Position numbers and translations under genes: made by a program. From Calditrichia bacterium (GTDB taxonomy: Bacteria > Calditrichota > Calditrichia > RBG-13-44-9 > J075), in contig JBOEGD010000010.1 of the NCBI GenBank assembly GCA_050633245.1, positions 32,001 to 96,000 on the forward strand: 64,000 bases of DNA. The letters are read 5' to 3'. The notes under the pieces were generated by a model. It was not told the origin of the DNA. It was given only the letters and a program-made list of their open reading frames with translations, and did no database searches. Positions within the stretch are counted from its first letter, which is position 1. Every line of letters starts with the position of its first letter. This document shows, one piece after another, positions 1-9,898 of the stretch.

Positions 1-415
1 AAAAACAACCGGCACCGTCCCTGCCCAACGCCTCGGTGCGATTGACACAGGATTCGAAGCTTTTCGGCCCTTTGGAACCTTTCGCAGCTTGCGCAATCAG
101 CCGCTTGAAGGCGATGAGCATCTTGCGATTTTCTGGGAGCACAATTTTCGCACGGCACCGTTCGAGCTACTGGGCCTCAATACCCTTGCCCGAAAGAATT
201 GGGGAATTTTGCTACATGGCGCCAGCGGTAGAACCTGGCTAACTGATGAGACAGCTCAGCAACTATATTTTTTGCCACGCGTTAGCGAGGAAACGCATCA
301 TGAAATCGGCGTTTCTGTAAACGGAGTGTTCGGCTTGTTTCGCGTAGACTTTACCCAACAGTTAAACGGCAACGTCGGCAGCTATTTTGGAATCGGCGCA
401 GCGCGTTTCTTCTAA
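1..415 (+). CDS. 5'-truncated outer-membrane beta-barrel protein, C-terminal part
   Basis: Frame is open from position 2 (KTTGTVPAQRLG...) through ORF 89..415. It has alternating amphipathic strands (HEIGVSVNGVFGLFRVDF) and a terminal Phe. Confidence 0.6.
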   Translation, partial: KTTGTVPAQRLGAIDTGFEAFRPFGTFRSLRNQPLEGDEHLAIFWEHNFRTAPFELLGLNTLARKNWGILLHGASGRTWLTDETAQQLYFLPRVSEETHHEIGVSVNGVFGLFRVDFTQQLNGNVGSYFGIGAARFF

Positions 416-520
416 AACAATCGCCTTCCTTAAAAAGCAAAAAATTGCGAACTTTTGTCCTGTAGGAAGCGTCATTATATTGATGCCCTGCAAGGACAAC
501 CATATAGGAGGCAATCTCTC

Positions 521-3367
521 ATGCGAATGCTAATTATCGCAGCAGTATTCAGTTTCTTTTTACTACAGTGTTCCGGCACCAGGTCGGCCGCTCAAAAAGC
601 CATGAATACCGCTGAAGCGGTGATGGTAAAAAAACTACCGGTAGACAATAATGTGATCATTGGAAAACTTGACAATGGTCTTACCTATTATATCCGCAAA
701 AATACCGAGCCCGAAAATCGCGCCGAGTTGCGACTTGCAGTCGATGCCGGTTCGATGATGGAAGATCCCAAGCAATTGGGACTCGCTCACTTCGTGGAAC
801 ACATGGCCTTTAACGGCACGGAAAATTTTGAGAAACAAGAATTAATCGATTATGTTGAATCTATCGGCGTGCGATTTGGCCCACACTTAAATGCTTACAC
901 CAGCTTTGACGAAACCGTTTACATGCTTCAAGTGCCGACCGACAGTGCCGGCATGCTCGATACCGGGATTCAGATTCTGGAAGAATGGGCACATCGCGTC
1001 AGCTTTACGGATGAAGAGATAGACAAAGAACGTGGCGTGGTTGTCGAAGAGTGGCGCACCGGACGCGGCGCCGGAATGCGAATGCTCGACAAACAATTGC
1101 CGGTTCTGTTTAAAGACTCGCGTTATGCAGAACGATTGCCTATTGGTAAGAAAGAAATTCTTGAGACATTTGATTACGAAACGCTACGCAGCTTTTATCG
1201 CGACTGGTATCGCCCGGAGTTAATGGCGGTTATTGTTGTTGGCGATGTGGACGTGGCAGCGGTTGAAGCACAGATTAAGCAGCGATTTTCAACCATTCCG
1301 GCAAGCACTGCAGACGTGCGTGAACGCAAAAGTTATGAGGTTCCAGGACATGCAGAACCGCTCTACTCAATTGCCACAGATCCGGAAGCACAGCGCAACT
1401 CGGTATCCATTCTTTACAAGCGCCCCGTAAGCGAGCAGAACAACGAAGAGGCATATAGACGTTCATTAGTTGGATCGCTGTTTCTGGGAATGTTTAACAA
1501 TCGCCTCTATGAACTCACTCAACAGCCGGAACCTCCTTATCTGGGTGCTTATGCCGGAGAGAGCAACTTTATTCGCGCAAAAAACTTTGCGCAGCTCGGG
1601 GCAGTCGTCAAAGACGGCCAGATCGAGAGCGGACTCAAAACACTTTTAATTGAAGCCGAGCGAGCAAAACGCTTTGGTTTTACCGCAACTGAGCTGGAAC
1701 GAGAGAAGACCTCACTAATGCGCGGCATTGAGCAGGCATATCGCGAGAAGAGTAAGACCAAGTCCCGCAACTATGCCTCAGAATACATTAGAAATTTTCT
1801 GGAAGATGAACCCATTCCCGGAATTGACTTCGAATATGAGCTGTATCAAAAGTTTGTTCCCGGTATTACGCTCGAAGAAATCAATACGCTTGTTGGCAAA
1901 TGGCTAACCGATGAGAATCGCGTGGTTTTGGTAGACGCACCTGAAAAAGAAGGTCTGACAGCGCCAACCGAGGCCGGATTGCAAAACGCCTTTGCAACGG
2001 CAACACAGAGCGATATTACAGCCTATGTAGATCAGGTGTCTAATGATCCATTGGTAGCCGAGGTACCCGAACCGGGAACGATTCTATCCGAAACAATGAA
2101 TGAGGAAGTAGGAACAACGACCTGGAAACTCTCGAATGGTATTACCGTTGTTCTAAAACCAACAGACTTTAAGAATGACCAGGTTTTGTTTAATGCTTAT
2201 AGTACTGGCGGTCATTCGTTAGTAGATGACAGAGACTTCATTTCCGCAAGCTACGCCACGCAGATTGTCGAACAAGGTGGCATCGGCAACTTCTCTCTCA
2301 TCGAGTTGCAGAAAAAGCTTACCGGAAAAGTAGTCAACGTTTCACCATATATTCGCGAGTTAAACGAGGGTATATCGGGTAGCGCATCGCCAGAGGATCT
2401 GGAAACGATGTTCCAGCTTATCCATCTTTATATTACCAGTCCACGACGCGACGAACAATCTTATGAAGCATACCGTGCACAAATAAGCGCTTATCTGCAA
2501 AACTACGACGCCAATCCGGCTAATGCATTCCGCGATACCATCAGAACAACAATGGCGCAGAATCACTTCCGGGCTCGACCGATTTCACAGTCTCATCTTG
2601 ATGAAATGAACCTGGATCGTTCATTGGCAATCTATAAAGACCGTTTTGCCGACACCGATGACTTCACCTTTATTTTCGTAGGCAATATCGACCCGGTATC
2701 ACTCAAACCACTCGTCTCAACTTATATTGCCACTCTCCCCACGACCCCACGGGAAGAAACATGGGCAGATGTCGGTATGCTGAACCCCGAAGGCATTATC
2801 AAAAAAACGGTCTATCGTGGAATTGAGCCCAAAAGCCAGGTTCGCATTACATTTACCGGACCACTGCAGTGGAATATAAAAAATCGCTTCGAGCTGAACA
2901 TGATGACCGCCGTCTTGCGTATTAAGCTGCGCGAGGCATTGCGTGAAGATAAGGGCGGAACCTACGGCGTTGGTGTTTCCGCACGAAGAAGCCACTTCCC
3001 ACGTTCGGAGTATTCGCTGAACATTGGATTCGGCTGCGACCCGGAAAGAGTCGATGAACTTATTACAACGGTTTTCGATGAGTTAAAAGCGCTACAGAAG
3101 TCACAGGTCGATGATATTTACATGCAAAAAGTGAAAGAAACGCGTCGACGTGGTTGGGAAACGGACGTAAAGGAAAATCGCTTCTGGCTGAACTCACTGT
3201 CTTTTTATCTTGAAGAAGGCGAAGATCCTGCACAAATAATCAATTTGCCAACTCTGATCGAAGGTGTCACGAAGGAAACAATTCAAAGTGCCGCTCAGCA
3301 GTATATTGATCTGAAGAATTATGTGCAGATCGTTCTGAAGCCCGAGGCGTCAACCGGCGTAAACTAG
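521..3367 (+). CDS. pqqL: M16 family zinc protease (PqqL-like), probable lipoprotein
   Basis: Inverted zinc motif HFVEH, NAYTSFDETVY and RLPIG are present, with two M16 halves. RBS AGGAGG precedes ATG 521; signal peptide ends LLQC. Confidence 0.9.
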   Translation: MRMLIIAAVFSFFLLQCSGTRSAAQKAMNTAEAVMVKKLPVDNNVIIGKLDNGLTYYIRKNTEPENRAELRLAVDAGSMMEDPKQLGLAHFVEHMAFNGTENFEKQELIDYVESIGVRFGPHLNAYTSFDETVYMLQVPTDSAGMLDTGIQILEEWAHRVSFTDEEIDKERGVVVEEWRTGRGAGMRMLDKQLPVLFKDSRYAERLPIGKKEILETFDYETLRSFYRDWYRPELMAVIVVGDVDVAAVEAQIKQRFSTIPASTADVRERKSYEVPGHAEPLYSIATDPEAQRNSVSILYKRPVSEQNNEEAYRRSLVGSLFLGMFNNRLYELTQQPEPPYLGAYAGESNFIRAKNFAQLGAVVKDGQIESGLKTLLIEAERAKRFGFTATELEREKTSLMRGIEQAYREKSKTKSRNYASEYIRNFLEDEPIPGIDFEYELYQKFVPGITLEEINTLVGKWLTDENRVVLVDAPEKEGLTAPTEAGLQNAFATATQSDITAYVDQVSNDPLVAEVPEPGTILSETMNEEVGTTTWKLSNGITVVLKPTDFKNDQVLFNAYSTGGHSLVDDRDFISASYATQIVEQGGIGNFSLIELQKKLTGKVVNVSPYIRELNEGISGSASPEDLETMFQLIHLYITSPRRDEQSYEAYRAQISAYLQNYDANPANAFRDTIRTTMAQNHFRARPISQSHLDEMNLDRSLAIYKDRFADTDDFTFIFVGNIDPVSLKPLVSTYIATLPTTPREETWADVGMLNPEGIIKKTVYRGIEPKSQVRITFTGPLQWNIKNRFELNMMTAVLRIKLREALREDKGGTYGVGVSARRSHFPRSEYSLNIGFGCDPERVDELITTVFDELKALQKSQVDDIYMQKVKETRRRGWETDVKENRFWLNSLSFYLEEGEDPAQIINLPTLIEGVTKETIQSAAQQYIDLKNYVQIVLKPEASTGVN

Positions 3368-3394
3368 CCTGTCAATTTTATAGCGTATAGAACC

Positions 3395-3429
3395 AAAGAG
3401 GCCGCTCTGCATAGCAGAACGGCCTCTTT
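3395..3429. terminator. Bidirectional intrinsic terminator
   Basis: AAAGAGGCCG-ctctgcatagcagaa-CGGCCTCTTT hairpin after pqqL. Confidence 0.75.
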
Positions 3430-3626
3430 GTATTGTTGGGGGAGTATATCTATATAGATTCGCTAAACACGCGAAAAAGTTTTCACGTGCCAGAAGATAA
3501 CCCAGCTTCGAAGACCAAAGCCAATCGATAATCTCAATAGAGCAATAGATATTCTCTATGAGTGAAATTCAGGAATAGTTTTCATAGTAACTGTAAGTCA
3601 GTTGTTGAGGCATGAATGGAGGGATA

Positions 3627-3654
3627 AAAAAAGCCCATGACGCCTGTCATGGGC
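3627..3654 (-). terminator. Intrinsic terminator of the FecR-domain gene
   Basis: GCCCATGAC/GTCATGGGC stem with an A6 tract on the + strand (U-tract on -). Confidence 0.7.
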
Positions 3655-3685
3655 ACGAATAAATTAAAGAGATAGGCGTCAGATC

Positions 3686-4405
3686 CTAATTGCCACGCGC
3701 TCGATATTCTCGTTTGCCGGCATCGCGTTTTCGCTGCTCGCTCATTAGCCGCTCGCGCTTGCGATTCCAGGAGACCCAATCGAGAAGCTCATCTTTATCG
3801 ACATTAAACTCTGCAATTGTCGTCTGTCCATCTTTATTCAGAGAAAGACTTTGTCCGGGAGTTACAGTCGTGATAACCGAGTCTGCACTAATCGCAACCG
3901 GCTCTCGTTTTGCCGAAAGTCCTTCGATAGAAACCGCATGCCCCAGACTTTTACGGCTATCGACATTACCGGCATAGACAAGGATTTCAGTCGTTCCGTT
4001 TTTCAGGGCCTCTATTCTGAACTGAGCGCTATCGGTATACACTTCGGCTGCAGGAGTTATGATTCGCATGCTGCCACCATTAACGCCATCATCTATCCAC
4101 ACCTTGCCAACGCTTAATAAACAACGCGTCTCGCCGTCTGCTATTTCAATGCTAAAAGCGGTATTGCTACCAAGACGAATCGTTTCACCGGTATCGAGCA
4201 AAATTTCGCAACGGCTTTTGCTTCGCGTCTGAACAATATCGCCAGCATCGATTTTGCTGTTAAACGTTGCGTATTCCAGCGCATTGGTTCCGGCTGGTAC
4301 AATAAACACTCTATTGAGTGGAAAGGTTACTTTTCCAACCGTTTGTGCGGTTAGGCTGGAAGCAAATAGAATTAGAAATAACAAGCTTAATCGCTGTAAT
4401 ATCAT
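3686..4405 (-). CDS. Exported FecR-domain protein
   Basis: Signal peptide followed by GDIVQT..SRCEILLDTGETIRLGSNT, ITPAAEV and TEILVYAGNV, typical of the FecR fold. GGAG RBS before ATG 4405. Confidence 0.75.
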   Translation of the reverse strand: MILQRLSLLFLILFASSLTAQTVGKVTFPLNRVFIVPAGTNALEYATFNSKIDAGDIVQTRSKSRCEILLDTGETIRLGSNTAFSIEIADGETRCLLSVGKVWIDDGVNGGSMRIITPAAEVYTDSAQFRIEALKNGTTEILVYAGNVDSRKSLGHAVSIEGLSAKREPVAISADSVITTVTPGQSLSLNKDGQTTIAEFNVDKDELLDWVSWNRKRERLMSEQRKRDAGKREYRARGN

Positions 4406-4578
4406 AACGACTCCATGTGAATCTTGATCTGTAAAGAGCATTGGCTCGGGACGAGCCAGGTGAATAACCATCATCTATGTAGGTGTTTCAAAACATTTTT
4501 TGAAACAAAAAGATCAGACTTTTAATACTCAAACATACGTATTAAAGGCGCTTATCGCAATATGAAAAGGGATTATTT

Positions 4579-5331
4579 TTACAGAAAGATATATACTTTG
4601 ACCCCATCATTGATGCGTTGTTCAGTTAAATTCGTCTTAATTCGCTCGGCATCTTCTGCGGTCAATACAATGTCTGCCTTTAGCATACCGCCTGGTTTCA
4701 GCGCTTTAAATGTATTTTCAGACTCAACGATTTCCTGGCTTTTTAAATACTTCACCGGCCAGTCCTTGCCAAATTGACCGGCGATAAACAGGGTTTCGCC
4801 ATCGCTGTCTTTAATACGAGGCATAAGTGCCGGGCTAAGCTGCAATCCTCTACAGTCAATATGAATCGCCTCGAGCGGATTTGCAGCTTTTTTAAGGCTA
4901 TCTGTACGAATCGAGCGAGGTTTGCGTACGGCACTTACCGCTTCATACAATTTTTGTAGAGTCAATTCGACATCTAAAGCAACGCCGCGACGATCTTTTA
5001 AGTATTGTATTCCCTGCACCGAAAAGTCATTCAGATAGTTAGTAAACTCCTCTTTTACCAGCAGAACATCGAGAGTTTTATCGCCATTCAATGGAATGGA
5101 CATGACCAGACGGCGGATTTTTTCTACTGCGTTGGCACCGGCACGCTCTCTGGATCGCTGCACAAATTCACCCGGGGTCAAACCGGGGTCTGGTTCACCG
5201 GTGGCAACAACGCGCATCATTTCTTCCTGCCAGTCTACATAACCAACGTTATCGACTACCAGCCTGGTTTGTCCATTGGTATACGTTATAAATGCAAGAA
5301 GCAAAACTACAAGTCGAATAATCTGAGACAT
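4579..5331 (-). CDS. Exported hypothetical protein (LPP20-like family)
   Basis: Signal peptide; motifs VDW...ATG and IDCRGL..SPALMPRI.D.DG. GGAG RBS before ATG 5331. Confidence 0.5.
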   Translation of the reverse strand: MSQIIRLVVLLLAFITYTNGQTRLVVDNVGYVDWQEEMMRVVATGEPDPGLTPGEFVQRSRERAGANAVEKIRRLVMSIPLNGDKTLDVLLVKEEFTNYLNDFSVQGIQYLKDRRGVALDVELTLQKLYEAVSAVRKPRSIRTDSLKKAANPLEAIHIDCRGLQLSPALMPRIKDSDGETLFIAGQFGKDWPVKYLKSQEIVESENTFKALKPGGMLKADIVLTAEDAERIKTNLTEQRINDGVKVYIFL

Positions 5332-5742
5332 CGTTAAAAGATCTCCATTTTTCCTGGGTGATGGAATCACGCAGATGCTATAAGTTTAAAACGATTGAAC
5401 ATAAGTTTTTGAGGTATTAAAGCAAAAATGACCTCGTTTTCACACCGTCATGGCAAATTTCAAATTTATTTGTTCAGAAAAAGAACAAAGTTCTGATTAC
5501 TTGTATTCACAAACCAAATAGATGTTCCCTGAGCAACTTACACTTTTCAAACAATGAATGCCAGTGAGGGCCGAAAATAGCTCAAATCGCCTGATAGCGT
5601 GGTTTTGGTCAGCATTTCAGCGATTTTTTGTAGAAGAAAGTCGACATTTGTGTCGCCTATTGCAAAAAAAATACCAAAACGCATTTTGTGATATTCGGCA
5701 TGGTAAGCTCATGAAAATTCTACATTATCGGCCATTTTTTCT

Positions 5743-5771
5743 TTGACATGAATAGTTTCAGTTATTATATT
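5743..5771 (+). promoter_or_regulatory. Sigma70-type promoter of the sigma gene
   Basis: TTGACA-N17-TATATT. Confidence 0.75.
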
Positions 5772-5834
5772 GATTTTCGATTGGGGACTTATATAACTGT
5801 TTATTCTAAGTTTAACTAAAATGTGGGATAGTGA

Positions 5835-6689
5835 ATGGCACAAGAGTTACGATCCATCCGCATCACCAACCGTTATTCTCTGGAAAAGTATTTGGACGAA
5901 ATCAGCCAAATTCCGCTTCTTAAGCCGCAGGAAGAGATTACTCTTACTCAAGGCATTAAAAGAGGCGAGCAGGACTGCCTGCACAAGTTGATTCGCGCCA
6001 ATCTTCGCTTCGTTGTTAAGGTTGCGAAGGAGTACCAAAATCAGGGATTACCGTTGACTGATTTGATCAATGAAGGAAATCTTGGTCTTATTAAGGCCGC
6101 CAAACGCTTCGACGAAACTCGTGGTTTCAAGTTTATATCCTACGCCGTATGGTGGATTCGTCAGTCAATTCTCAAAGCACTGGCAGAACATTCCAGAGTT
6201 GTGAGACTACCGCTTAACCGCGTCGGTCTTATCAGCAAGGTAAACCAGCTGGTCCGCGAGCTGGAGCAGAAATACGATCGCGAACCCTCGTTTGAGGAAA
6301 TTGCCGACAAGCTGGAGATTTCGATTCCTGATATCTCCGAAGCTTTAAGCAGCAGCGCCTTCCACGTTTCTTTAGATCAGCCGATTCACCGCTCCGAAGA
6401 CGGCACAATGAAGGAACTCATCCGCAACCCCGACAGCAAAACTCCCGATGGTGATCTCGTAAAAGAATCTCTCCAACAAGAAATTCGACGCGTGCTGAAG
6501 TCGCTTACACCACGCGAAGAGAAGATCATCAAGATGTATTTTGGTGTCGATTATGAGCGTCCCTATACGCTCGAGGAAATTGGAGAACGCCTGAAACTCA
6601 CACGCGAACGCGTCAGACAGATTAAAGAACGAGCTCTCGTTCGTCTACGCCATCAGTCACGCTCACAGAACCTGCGACTCTTTTTATAG
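5835..6689 (+). CDS. rpoD: RNA polymerase sigma factor, RpoD/SigA family (short, no region 1.1)
   Basis: ANLRFVV, DLINEGNLGLIKAAKRFDETRGFKFISYAVWWIRQSI and TLEEIGERLKLTRERVRQI. Confidence 0.9.
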   Translation: MAQELRSIRITNRYSLEKYLDEISQIPLLKPQEEITLTQGIKRGEQDCLHKLIRANLRFVVKVAKEYQNQGLPLTDLINEGNLGLIKAAKRFDETRGFKFISYAVWWIRQSILKALAEHSRVVRLPLNRVGLISKVNQLVRELEQKYDREPSFEEIADKLEISIPDISEALSSSAFHVSLDQPIHRSEDGTMKELIRNPDSKTPDGDLVKESLQQEIRRVLKSLTPREEKIIKMYFGVDYERPYTLEEIGERLKLTRERVRQIKERALVRLRHQSRSQNLRLFL

Positions 6690-6712
6690 GCCACTTCTAT
6701 AAATTCTGATAT

Positions 6713-6826
6713 ACATCAACCATCGGCTTAGCCTCACTGCCTATTTTCTGATTCATTATTAGTCACTTAATTTTGAGTCACTTGAGGAAATGGCAGCGAA
6801 GCCAGCCGATGGTTGGTGTTTCTTTT
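6713..6826 (+). other. Long rod-like hairpin with U-tract (terminator or candidate structured RNA)
   Basis: 6713-6749 pairs imperfectly with 6785-6819 and is followed by TTCTTTT. Confidence 0.55.
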
Positions 6827-6999
6827 ACATCTGCTTGCACAATTCATTTCTTCGTATTAATGTATTACCGCACTTAAGGCATGGCAATCGCACTGCAATG
6901 CGAAACCAATATGCCTCATTGTTTAATTCCCCTAATAGATATTCGATAATAACAAGTAAGCAATATTATAGAGAACTCTACTGTGGAGGTATTTTAGTC

Positions 7000-8358
7000 T
7001 TGAAAAATCTTATGACCAGCGTTTCTGGTGTTCGCGGTATCGTCGGGGACAGCCTGACTCCGGAAGCCATTATTAAATATGTACATGCGTTCGCTCAGCC
7101 GCTTGCCGGTAAGAAGGTAATTGTTGGCGGAGACCCACGCGTTAGTCAATCATTTGTTCGCCCGCTTGTTAAAGCAACTCTGATGGCAAGCGGTTGCCAT
7201 GTTGTCGACATCGGCATCACCCCTACCCCGACGGTGCAAATTGTAACAGAACATCAGGAAGCAGCTGGTGGAATTTCAATCACAGCCAGCCATAATCCTA
7301 TTCAGTGGAACGGACTTAAATTTATCGGCGCCGATGGCCTGTTTCTGCCGGAACGCGAAATAAACGAGTTGTTTCACCGTGCAGACAATGCTGCGAAGAG
7401 CTATGCCAATTGGAAAGATCTTGGCAAAGAAGAAAGCTACGACAATGCCATTCAGGATCACCTCGATCTTATCTGGAAACTTCCTTATATAGACGTGGAG
7501 TTGATTCGCAGTAAAAAATTCAAAGTTGCCCTGGACTGTGTGAATGGCGCCGGTGGTACCATTATTCCACAAATGTTGGAACACCTTGGCTGCGAGGTTA
7601 TTGGTTTGAACCTGGAAGCAAACGGTATCTTTGCTCATACCCCAGAACCAACACCACAAAACCTTGCAGACTTATCTGAGACTGTCAAAGCAAACTCCGC
7701 TGATATCGGAATTGCAGTAGACCCGGATGTAGATCGCTGCGCACTAATAGCCAATGACGGTAATCCAATGGGTGAAGAGTATACCCTGGCTCTTGCGGTA
7801 AAGTACATTCTTAGCAAAAAGCTTGGTCAGGTCGTTATCAACCTTTCTACCTCACGCGTAATCGATGAGATCGTTGAATACTATAACTGCGTGCTGACTA
7901 AAACAAAGGTTGGTGAGATAAACGTTGCTGATAAAATGCGCGATCTTAAAGCTGTTGTTGGCGGCGAAGGAAATGGCGGTGTTATTCTGCCAGACGTTCA
8001 TCTTGGCCGCGATGCACCCGTTGCAGTAGCACTGACGCTTCAGCACCTGGCGGAGTTCGACGGTTCGGTAAGCGATTTAAAGCAGAGCCTGCCGCAGTTC
8101 TACATTCTAAAGGACAAAACACCTCTCGGTGACGTCGATCCGGAAGCAGTTATTGAGCACATGAATAAGAAGTATTCCAGCGAGCGCCTGAACCATCTCG
8201 ATGGACTGCGCATCGACCGCGATGACTGCTGGATTCACCTTAGAAAATCCAACACCGAACCGATTATGCGGGCTATTGTTGAAGCACGCACACCAGAAAT
8301 TGCCTGGACCGTGCTGCAAGAAGTAAAAGAAGAGATTGGTCGTATTCGCTCAAATTAA
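7000..8358 (+). CDS. glmM: Phosphoglucosamine mutase / alpha-D-phosphohexomutase
   Basis: SGVRG, catalytic TASHNP, metal loop DPDVDR and GGEGNGG. GGAGGT RBS before TTG 7000. Confidence 0.85.
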   Translation: MKNLMTSVSGVRGIVGDSLTPEAIIKYVHAFAQPLAGKKVIVGGDPRVSQSFVRPLVKATLMASGCHVVDIGITPTPTVQIVTEHQEAAGGISITASHNPIQWNGLKFIGADGLFLPEREINELFHRADNAAKSYANWKDLGKEESYDNAIQDHLDLIWKLPYIDVELIRSKKFKVALDCVNGAGGTIIPQMLEHLGCEVIGLNLEANGIFAHTPEPTPQNLADLSETVKANSADIGIAVDPDVDRCALIANDGNPMGEEYTLALAVKYILSKKLGQVVINLSTSRVIDEIVEYYNCVLTKTKVGEINVADKMRDLKAVVGGEGNGGVILPDVHLGRDAPVAVALTLQHLAEFDGSVSDLKQSLPQFYILKDKTPLGDVDPEAVIEHMNKKYSSERLNHLDGLRIDRDDCWIHLRKSNTEPIMRAIVEARTPEIAWTVLQEVKEEIGRIRSN

Positions 8359-8386
8359 AAGGACCAGATCTTATAAAGAAATAGTT

Positions 8387-8428
8387 TCCCGAAGATACGG
8401 CTAATCGCCGCATCTTCGGGATTTTTTT
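8387..8428 (+). terminator. Intrinsic terminator
   Basis: TCCCGAAGAT...ATCTTCGGGA followed by T7. Confidence 0.75.
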
Positions 8429-8484
8429 CCTACCCCATTGCCATTCACTGTTGTATGTTAAAATAAAAACCGGAGCATTCTGCT

Positions 8485-9789
8485 ATGTCGCCCTATGAGA
8501 TAATATCCAAAAAACGCGATGGAAAGACACTAATTGAATCAGAAATTCAGTATTTTATCAAGGGATTCATGGATGAAAGCATCGCAGAATACCAGATGAC
8601 CGCTCTGTTGATGGCAATTTACTTACGCGGTATGACTCCCGACGAAACTATTGCCCTCACCCGTGCTTATATTGCTTCAGGAATCAGTATCGATCTCGAT
8701 GGCCTGGCAGGTCTGAAAGTTGATAAACACAGCACCGGCGGTGTGGGTGATAAGGTATCGATTATATTAGCACCGCTGGTTGCAAGTCTTGGTATTTACG
8801 TGCCAATGATGTCTGGCCGTGGATTGGGACACTCCGGTGGCACACTGGACAAGCTGGAATCGATTCCCGGCTTCCGCACAAATCTTTCTCTCGAAGAATT
8901 CCATCGTGTTCTACGCAAACATCATCTTGCACTTATCGGCCAAACTGCCGAGCTCGTTCCGGCTGACAAACGCATCTACGCCTTAAGAGACGTTACCGCA
9001 ACGGTAGACTGCATTCCGCTGATCTGCGCCAGCATCATGAGCAAAAAGATCGCTGAAGGAGCCAATGGTCTTGTTCTTGATGTAAAATATGGCTCTGGTG
9101 CATTTATGAAGCGCGTAGAAGATGCCGAAGCATTGGCAAAAGGTCTTATAAACATTGGTTCGGCATTTGGGCAGAAAGTTATCGCAAGCATTACTTCCAT
9201 GGAGCAACCGTTGGGCAATAAGATCGGCAACTGGCTGGAAATTGAAGAGTCTCTCGATTGCCTGAATGGCGGTGGACCTAAAGACCTGCGAGAGGTTACG
9301 CTGAATCTCGCCATGCACATGGTGAAGATTGCCAAACCCGAACTTTCCCGTGAAGATGCGATGCGTCTTTGTGTAGAAGCGCTCGATAGCGGAGCGGCGA
9401 TGCAACATTTTCTGGAGATTACCGAGACGCAGGGCGGCGATACCGCAACGTTGCAAAATCCATCCGCCTACCCCACTTCCGCCCATACGTCCATGTTAAA
9501 AGCTGAACGCGATGGCTACATTACGTCGATGAACACCTACGAGATCGGCATAACTTCGGTGGGCATTGGTGCCGGCAGATTAAAAGCAGATGATATGATC
9601 GATCCCAAAGCCGGCATTATTCTCCATAAGAAATGCGGTGACACAGTAAAAGCAGGAGATTCCATTCTCGAGATCAGAACGGATATGAAAGATCGTATGC
9701 AGCCAGCTTTAAATCGTCTGAAAGACGCGATCACCATTGCAAATGACCCAATTTCGCAGCCTGCTCTCATTCTGAAAGAAATCGCCTGA
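8485..9789 (+). CDS. pdp: Pyrimidine-nucleoside (thymidine) phosphorylase
   Basis: DKHSTGGVGDK, SGRGLGHSGGTLDKLESIPG and SIMSKK. Confidence 0.93.
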   Translation: MSPYEIISKKRDGKTLIESEIQYFIKGFMDESIAEYQMTALLMAIYLRGMTPDETIALTRAYIASGISIDLDGLAGLKVDKHSTGGVGDKVSIILAPLVASLGIYVPMMSGRGLGHSGGTLDKLESIPGFRTNLSLEEFHRVLRKHHLALIGQTAELVPADKRIYALRDVTATVDCIPLICASIMSKKIAEGANGLVLDVKYGSGAFMKRVEDAEALAKGLINIGSAFGQKVIASITSMEQPLGNKIGNWLEIEESLDCLNGGGPKDLREVTLNLAMHMVKIAKPELSREDAMRLCVEALDSGAAMQHFLEITETQGGDTATLQNPSAYPTSAHTSMLKAERDGYITSMNTYEIGITSVGIGAGRLKADDMIDPKAGIILHKKCGDTVKAGDSILEIRTDMKDRMQPALNRLKDAITIANDPISQPALILKEIA

Positions 9790-9817
9790 TAACCTTATAA
9801 GAGCTGAATTATCCCGC

Positions 9818-9846
9818 TTGCAATGCCCTGGGGTGAATGTTATATT
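9818..9846 (+). promoter_or_regulatory. Sigma70-type promoter of tig-clpPX
   Basis: TTGCAA-N17-TATATT with an extended TG. Confidence 0.65.
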
Positions 9847-9898
9847 GTCTGCTCATTTTGTCAAAATAGCCTTACGCTAAAACGGAGAGAATAGTGCT

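Noticed and set aside
6713-6826. SRP RNA or 6S RNA identity for the long hairpin
   Set aside because: It lacks the SRP helix-8 motif with GNRA loop, and is too short for 6S with no large central bubble.
6790-6999. N-terminal extension of glmM
   Set aside because: It runs through the hairpin and AT-rich intergenic DNA; a strong RBS precedes TTG 7000.
9790-9898. tRNA upstream of tig
   Set aside because: No cloverleaf or T-loop GTTCRA motif; only a promoter is visible.
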